In this document: positions 56,843 through 64,000 of the stretch, in pieces
Position numbering within the stretch: the stretch's first letter is position 1
Layout: each line of letters opens with the position of its first letter
Source: Eledone cirrhosa
Lineage: Eukaryota
Direction of reading: 5' to 3'
DNA: 64,000 bases
Assembly (NCBI GenBank): GCA_964016885.1
Contig: OZ024741.1
Coordinates: forward strand, 136,462,001 to 136,526,000
Program-made: the position numbers and the translations under genes
Notes under the pieces: generated by a model
Told to the model about the DNA's origin: nothing
Database searches by the model: none
What the model saw: the letters and a program-made list of their open reading frames with translations, nothing else

Positions 56843-58092
56843 ATATATATGTATATATGTGTGTGTGTTTATATGAATACATATATACAAATATATACAT
56901 ATATACATGTGTGCGTGTGTGTGAGAGTCTGTGTGTGTGTGTGCACAAATCATTTACATTCTCCCTAAACTCTATTACTTCAGAATAAGTGTGCGTCTTA
57001 TATTCCGATAAATACACTATTACACGAGATTATTTTGAATAAATTATATGCTGGTGTTGGAAGGAAATATCATTTATATATCACATGAAGACTATATGGC
57101 AAAATATTGCTAATTTTATTAGCATTTTGTTTTTTATTTTTATTTCTTTAAACTTATTTATCTGAGAAGGAAAACACTCTTATCATTGGTTTTGTTGTTT
57201 CTGTTTTTGATATTCTTGTTTTTCTAATTGTTATAATTGTTAATGTTGTTTTTGTTGTCATTGCTATTGCTCTTATTATTCCAGACATTGCAGTTGTGGA
57301 TATATTTTTTCTTCTTTATCCTGATGACTATAATCATCATTTGAGAAAAATGTACTATTATTATTATTATCATTATTATTGTTGTTTTACAGTCTGAGTT
57401 CAAATCCCGCCGAGGTTAACTTTGCCTTTCATCCTTATGGGGTCGATAAAATAAAGTACCAGTAATGTACTGGGTAATTGCTGGCCTTGTGCCTAAAGTA
57501 GAAACAATTATTATTATTGTTGTTTTTGTTGTTGTTTTGCTGTTGTTGTTGCTGCTGTTGTTGTTGTTGTTTCAGTGGTTATCAGATTCGATGAAATACC
57601 AAACAAATGCGTTGCCGCATTTGTTCCGGTTCTATACGTTCTGTGTGTTCAAATCCGGCTGAGGTTAGCTTTGCCTTTCCTCTTCTCTGGATCGATAAAA
57701 TAAAGAACCATTCACGTATTCCAAGTCGATATAATCAACTTTTCTCACCCTTAAGTATATTGGCCTTGTTACTAAATTAGAAAGCATAATCTGTTGTTTT
57801 TATTTTTTGCATATTTGTATTTTGTTTCTACTTTAGTTCTTGTTATCGATGTGATCCTTGAAATGGTGGTAGATTCTCGGAACAACAATTATTAACTGTT
57901 ACGTTGTTTCAAAGTTTATACTGGGGTAACTAGCACATTGCACATTACCCATAGTCCATTCCTGTGTATAAACTAGCCAAAATGAACTCAACTTGTCTTT
58001 CCATGTATGTGTATACATATATGTGTGTGTGTGTGCGTGTATGCGTCGTGTGTGTGCGTGTGTGTATGTATATGAACATATATAAATAAATG

Positions 58093-58188
<96 letters not shown>

Positions 58189-58789
58189 CACGATATATAT
58201 ATGTATATACACGAGTGAAGGCGCTTTATTTCACGTTGCTACAGTTTACTCAGCTGTAGAAATGAGATGATAGGACTGGGGTCCCTATCATTAAATTACC
58301 CAAGACACCTCCAATGAGATATACCTTGGAGGAGGCCAGCTAAACCTCCAGAGGTGTGAGCTGTCACACACACACACACACATATATACACGATGATTAT
58401 TTATCAAAAATGGGCATGAAGTTGAGAAAACATGCATAACAAACAATATATGATAAAACTGAGTATAGATGTAATTCCATTTTATGACGGCTATCGGTTT
58501 TTCAAAATTCTATTTTAAAAAAAATAATTTCACAAATGTGTATTTCTTCTCTTATAAAGTTTTCGATTATTTGAACAATATATATCAAGCATATAAGATA
58601 GCAAAATCCAAATTATACAGCCAAAATTTATACCTAATATTACGGAGTCAACATCTATATGAATTTTTCCATTTTTTATTTTGATTTTCGATTATATAAT
58701 TTTGCGATGGAGTTTTCCCAACGCCATTTTATTTTCTCTGTCACAAATGACATGAGTGACTCTTTATACATTTGTATACGTACATACAT

Positions 58790-60232
<1,443 letters not shown>

Positions 60233-60809
60233 GCATGTGTGGGTCATTGTATGCATGTATGTTTGTAAGTTTGTATGTATGTGCAGCTTTGAGGAGATTA
60301 CAACAAATATTAAAAATATTTAACAAATATTTAACAAATATTACAGCTTTAAAATAAGCCTGAGCATCTTCTTTAATTTATTACTATTTTGTAATTACGA
60401 AATGGTGTTTGAAATGTGTCATACTCTATGGTTGACTTGGAACAGGTATTTTCGGTCGGTTGAGTTGGCCGGTAGGGCAAGAGTTGTGGCCCTTTGGACT
60501 CCTTCATCCGGTGCTAGGAAAAAACTTTTTTTCACGAAAACAAACTTTTTAAAAAAAATGATTGTTATTGCATCAGAAATATCTGAGTAAAAGACAACTG
60601 AGATATTTCTAATTTCTTTGCAAGGAAGCAAATGATGTACAAATAATATGTGACGAAATAACTATCACAGAAGTATTTATGTTAACATTTTCTGTCTTTT
60701 TTTTAATGTACCACAATGAAATAAAAGCTTAACATAAACCCAAGCCACAGCAAACAGACGCATACACACACACATACACAGAGTCAGAGTTAAACATAGA
60801 CTTATATAT

Positions 60810-60885
<76 letters not shown>

Positions 60886-61134
60886 TAAAATCTATATATA
60901 TTATATATATATGTATAAATATATACATAAATATATATGCCTGGATTAGTAAACACACGTCGGATTTCACACGCACGCGCACACATGCACATGCCTCATA
61001 CGCACATGCACGCACACAAATATATACATATAAATATAGTACATATATCTATATATCTATGTGTGTATTAAGAGAGAGAAAGTGAGTGATATGGATGGTT
61101 TTCTTCTTAGGGTAGTGAAACGATTATATAAACG

Positions 61135-61165
<31 letters not shown>

Positions 61166-61215
61166 GTGAATGTGTGGTTGTGTATGTATGTACAAATACA
61201 TACACATACACACTC

Positions 61216-61248
<33 letters not shown>

Positions 61249-61617
61249 TACACACATATATATATATATGTATGTGTGTGGGGGGGTTATATAAATGAGA
61301 TGAGTTAACATTATGTTAACGAGTTTTTGTGCGTTTATTTATCTTTCCCTTAAATGACGTAGATGTTAAGTCAGATGTTCGAATCGCATTATCTTCCTTT
61401 ACTTGAACAAGAGAAACGAATATATTTATGAGTAAATGAAACAGAGATTAAATAAAACATTATTCAATATATCTGTCGCTTAATAGTGATAGCAGATATG
61501 TGTAACCAAGGATATTAGCTTATATTTTAAGCTTCGTATAAGGAAAATAGCCATACTGCACAATGTCCTACCTATATATGTATGACTGGCGTGTTATACG
61601 TATACGTATACATATCC

Positions 61618-61696
<79 letters not shown>

Positions 61697-61697
61697 T

Positions 61698-61769
<72 letters not shown>

Positions 61770-62052
61770 GTGTACGTGCAGTTATGTATTTCTTCATATA
61801 TATATATACTTATATGCTTATATATATAATACATATATGACCAATGTTTTGTACGAAAAATATAAGAGAAACGATTGCAGATTAACTGACACCAGTTTTA
61901 CAATCGCGATTATTTGTTTAACAATTAAAAGATGCTATTATTTAAATTATACAAACGTAATATTATTAGTAAATATTTCTTTGGCTTCGTAATTTATATA
62001 TTAAATACACACACACACATACACACACACACACACACACATATATATACAT

Positions 62053-62155
<103 letters not shown>

Positions 62156-62157
62156 CA

Positions 62158-62205
<48 letters not shown>

Positions 62206-62209
62206 CATA

Positions 62210-62251
<42 letters not shown>

Positions 62252-62389
62252 TTCTTTTTCGTAAATAATTTATATTTTATCATATCCTTTCTTTTCTTCT
62301 ATTTAAAATGTGCCTCTCTCATGTTTATCTATCTCTATCTCTCTCTATCACTTTGTTATTATGTCCCTTTCTTTCCCTCTCTCTCCCCT

Positions 62390-62430
<41 letters not shown>

Positions 62431-63142
62431 CCCCTATCTCTCTTTCTCTTTCTCTCTCTCTCTCCTTTTCTCTCATATGGATATTACATGAACATCTCTT
62501 ACAAGGGAATAGAAGTGAGCCTATAATCCTAACAACAACATCCAGCCATTTTGGGAAATATTTTCAAATAATGATAAATCTCCTGAAACAATTTTTTTTA
62601 GGGCCAAAGAATGTTTCTTTTAGAAATGCCTTTCATAACCTTATTGTTAAAAGTATCACAATTAAACGATAAATTATTTTCTGGCAGCAGCATTATAATT
62701 GTCAACTCAAATCATTTTGAAGTTCGATAAAAAAGAATGTCTATATATTTGTAATTGCTTCTGTTTTAACGTGTCTACATATAACTTTATATGTATTCAA
62801 ATGTTTTCTAAATATTTATACAAACAATTACTACAGTCTTACACATTACTTATTCCTATATATCATTTACTGGAAATTTGTAGCAAATGTGTTTCTTTTA
62901 ATTTTCTACATCTACCCTACTTCAGTGTAGAACAATTGTATCTTACAATTGATAAAATTATATTCGGATGTGCTGATCTCTTTGACTATGTACTGTATTT
63001 ATATATATGTATATATATATATGATGATGATGATGATGATGTTTATATATACTCATGAAGTCATCAGCGAAGTATAGCTTTACATTAAATGCATGAGGTT
63101 TGATTATATCAAATATACCACTTTTTCCTAGGCCCCGTCTAC

Positions 63143-63201
<59 letters not shown>

Positions 63202-63265
63202 CTGTAGTACTTTGCACGTTAAATACATTCGTTTATTTCCTATTTAGCAACAAAAACCAAATCAA

Positions 63266-63344
<79 letters not shown>

Positions 63345-64000
63345 AAGTACCAGTAATGTACTGGGTAATTTGTTGGCCTTGTGCCTAGAGTAGAAACAAT
63401 TATTATTATTATTATTATTATTAGAAGTACTAAATCCGAAAGGCATTCAACAATTGTAGGCATTATAAATTACAGTCTTGGCTATTTCCTTCATATTTCT
63501 TATTAAATACACTCCATGTCCCACTCCATTTTGAATAAATTAATGGGCGTTGAATCCTTTTTTTAATTCATCTGATTCTATACATGATAAACTTATTGGC
63601 AATTAGTTACAAGCTGAAATATTTTCGATGTTTCGTGCTTTTTTTCAAATTAATTTCGAATATAATCTTAATTATTTTATTAACATTTGGAAAACAACAT
63701 CAAGAAGTCAATTTAAAATGAATATTTTAAAATATGATGACGTAAGTGATATTACATCAGAATTATTTCTCTTTTTATTTGTGTATTTATTACATTAATT
63801 ATAACATCAAAATTAATGATTCATTGCAATCTCACAGAGTAATATGAGCTTTCAATTTATTTTCTGTACGAGGTAGAATTCTTTAAACATTCTGGTAAAC
63901 ATTTAATAATCAAAACGTATGTCTAAATCTTTCCCTTTATATTGTTAGATTTCTTTCAGTAATTTAATGACATTTGAATGAAATTTAATGCCGTTAGATA

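Noticed and set aside
60438-60515. Minus-strand CGGATGA...GAAA with GC-rich hairpins
   Set aside because: Stem I does not pair and the core is non-canonical; too weak to call.

Overview
AT-rich, microsatellite-dense eukaryotic genomic DNA. The SINE content and (TA)n/(CA)n load suggest a mollusc, most likely an octopus or other coleoid (inference). It holds the last three phase-compatible coding exons of a + strand gene (13090-13299, 30739-31264, 49426-49627). The spliced C-terminus has a coiled coil resembling the KCNH/erg K+ channel tetramerisation segment. The introns contain tRNA-derived Meta-domain SINEs, a few MITEs, LINE scraps and two Penelope-like (PLE) retroelement remnants, one a 3.7-kb inverted structure with RT-thumb and GIY-YIG coding sequence. 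The main observation is that about 11 mutually unrelated sequence families sitting in or next to (TA)n tracts carry hammerhead ribozyme (HHR) motifs. These include core variants (U3-A8, U4C, U4A, U.U-closed stem II, long stem II). Many are short fold-back hairpins whose apex lies just 5' of the ribozyme, and one is a partial-tandem, retrozyme-like unit. Two unrelated elements share an octamer + TATA arrangement with identical spacing upstream of the HHR. All folds were read by eye; no ribozyme activity or database match has been verified.
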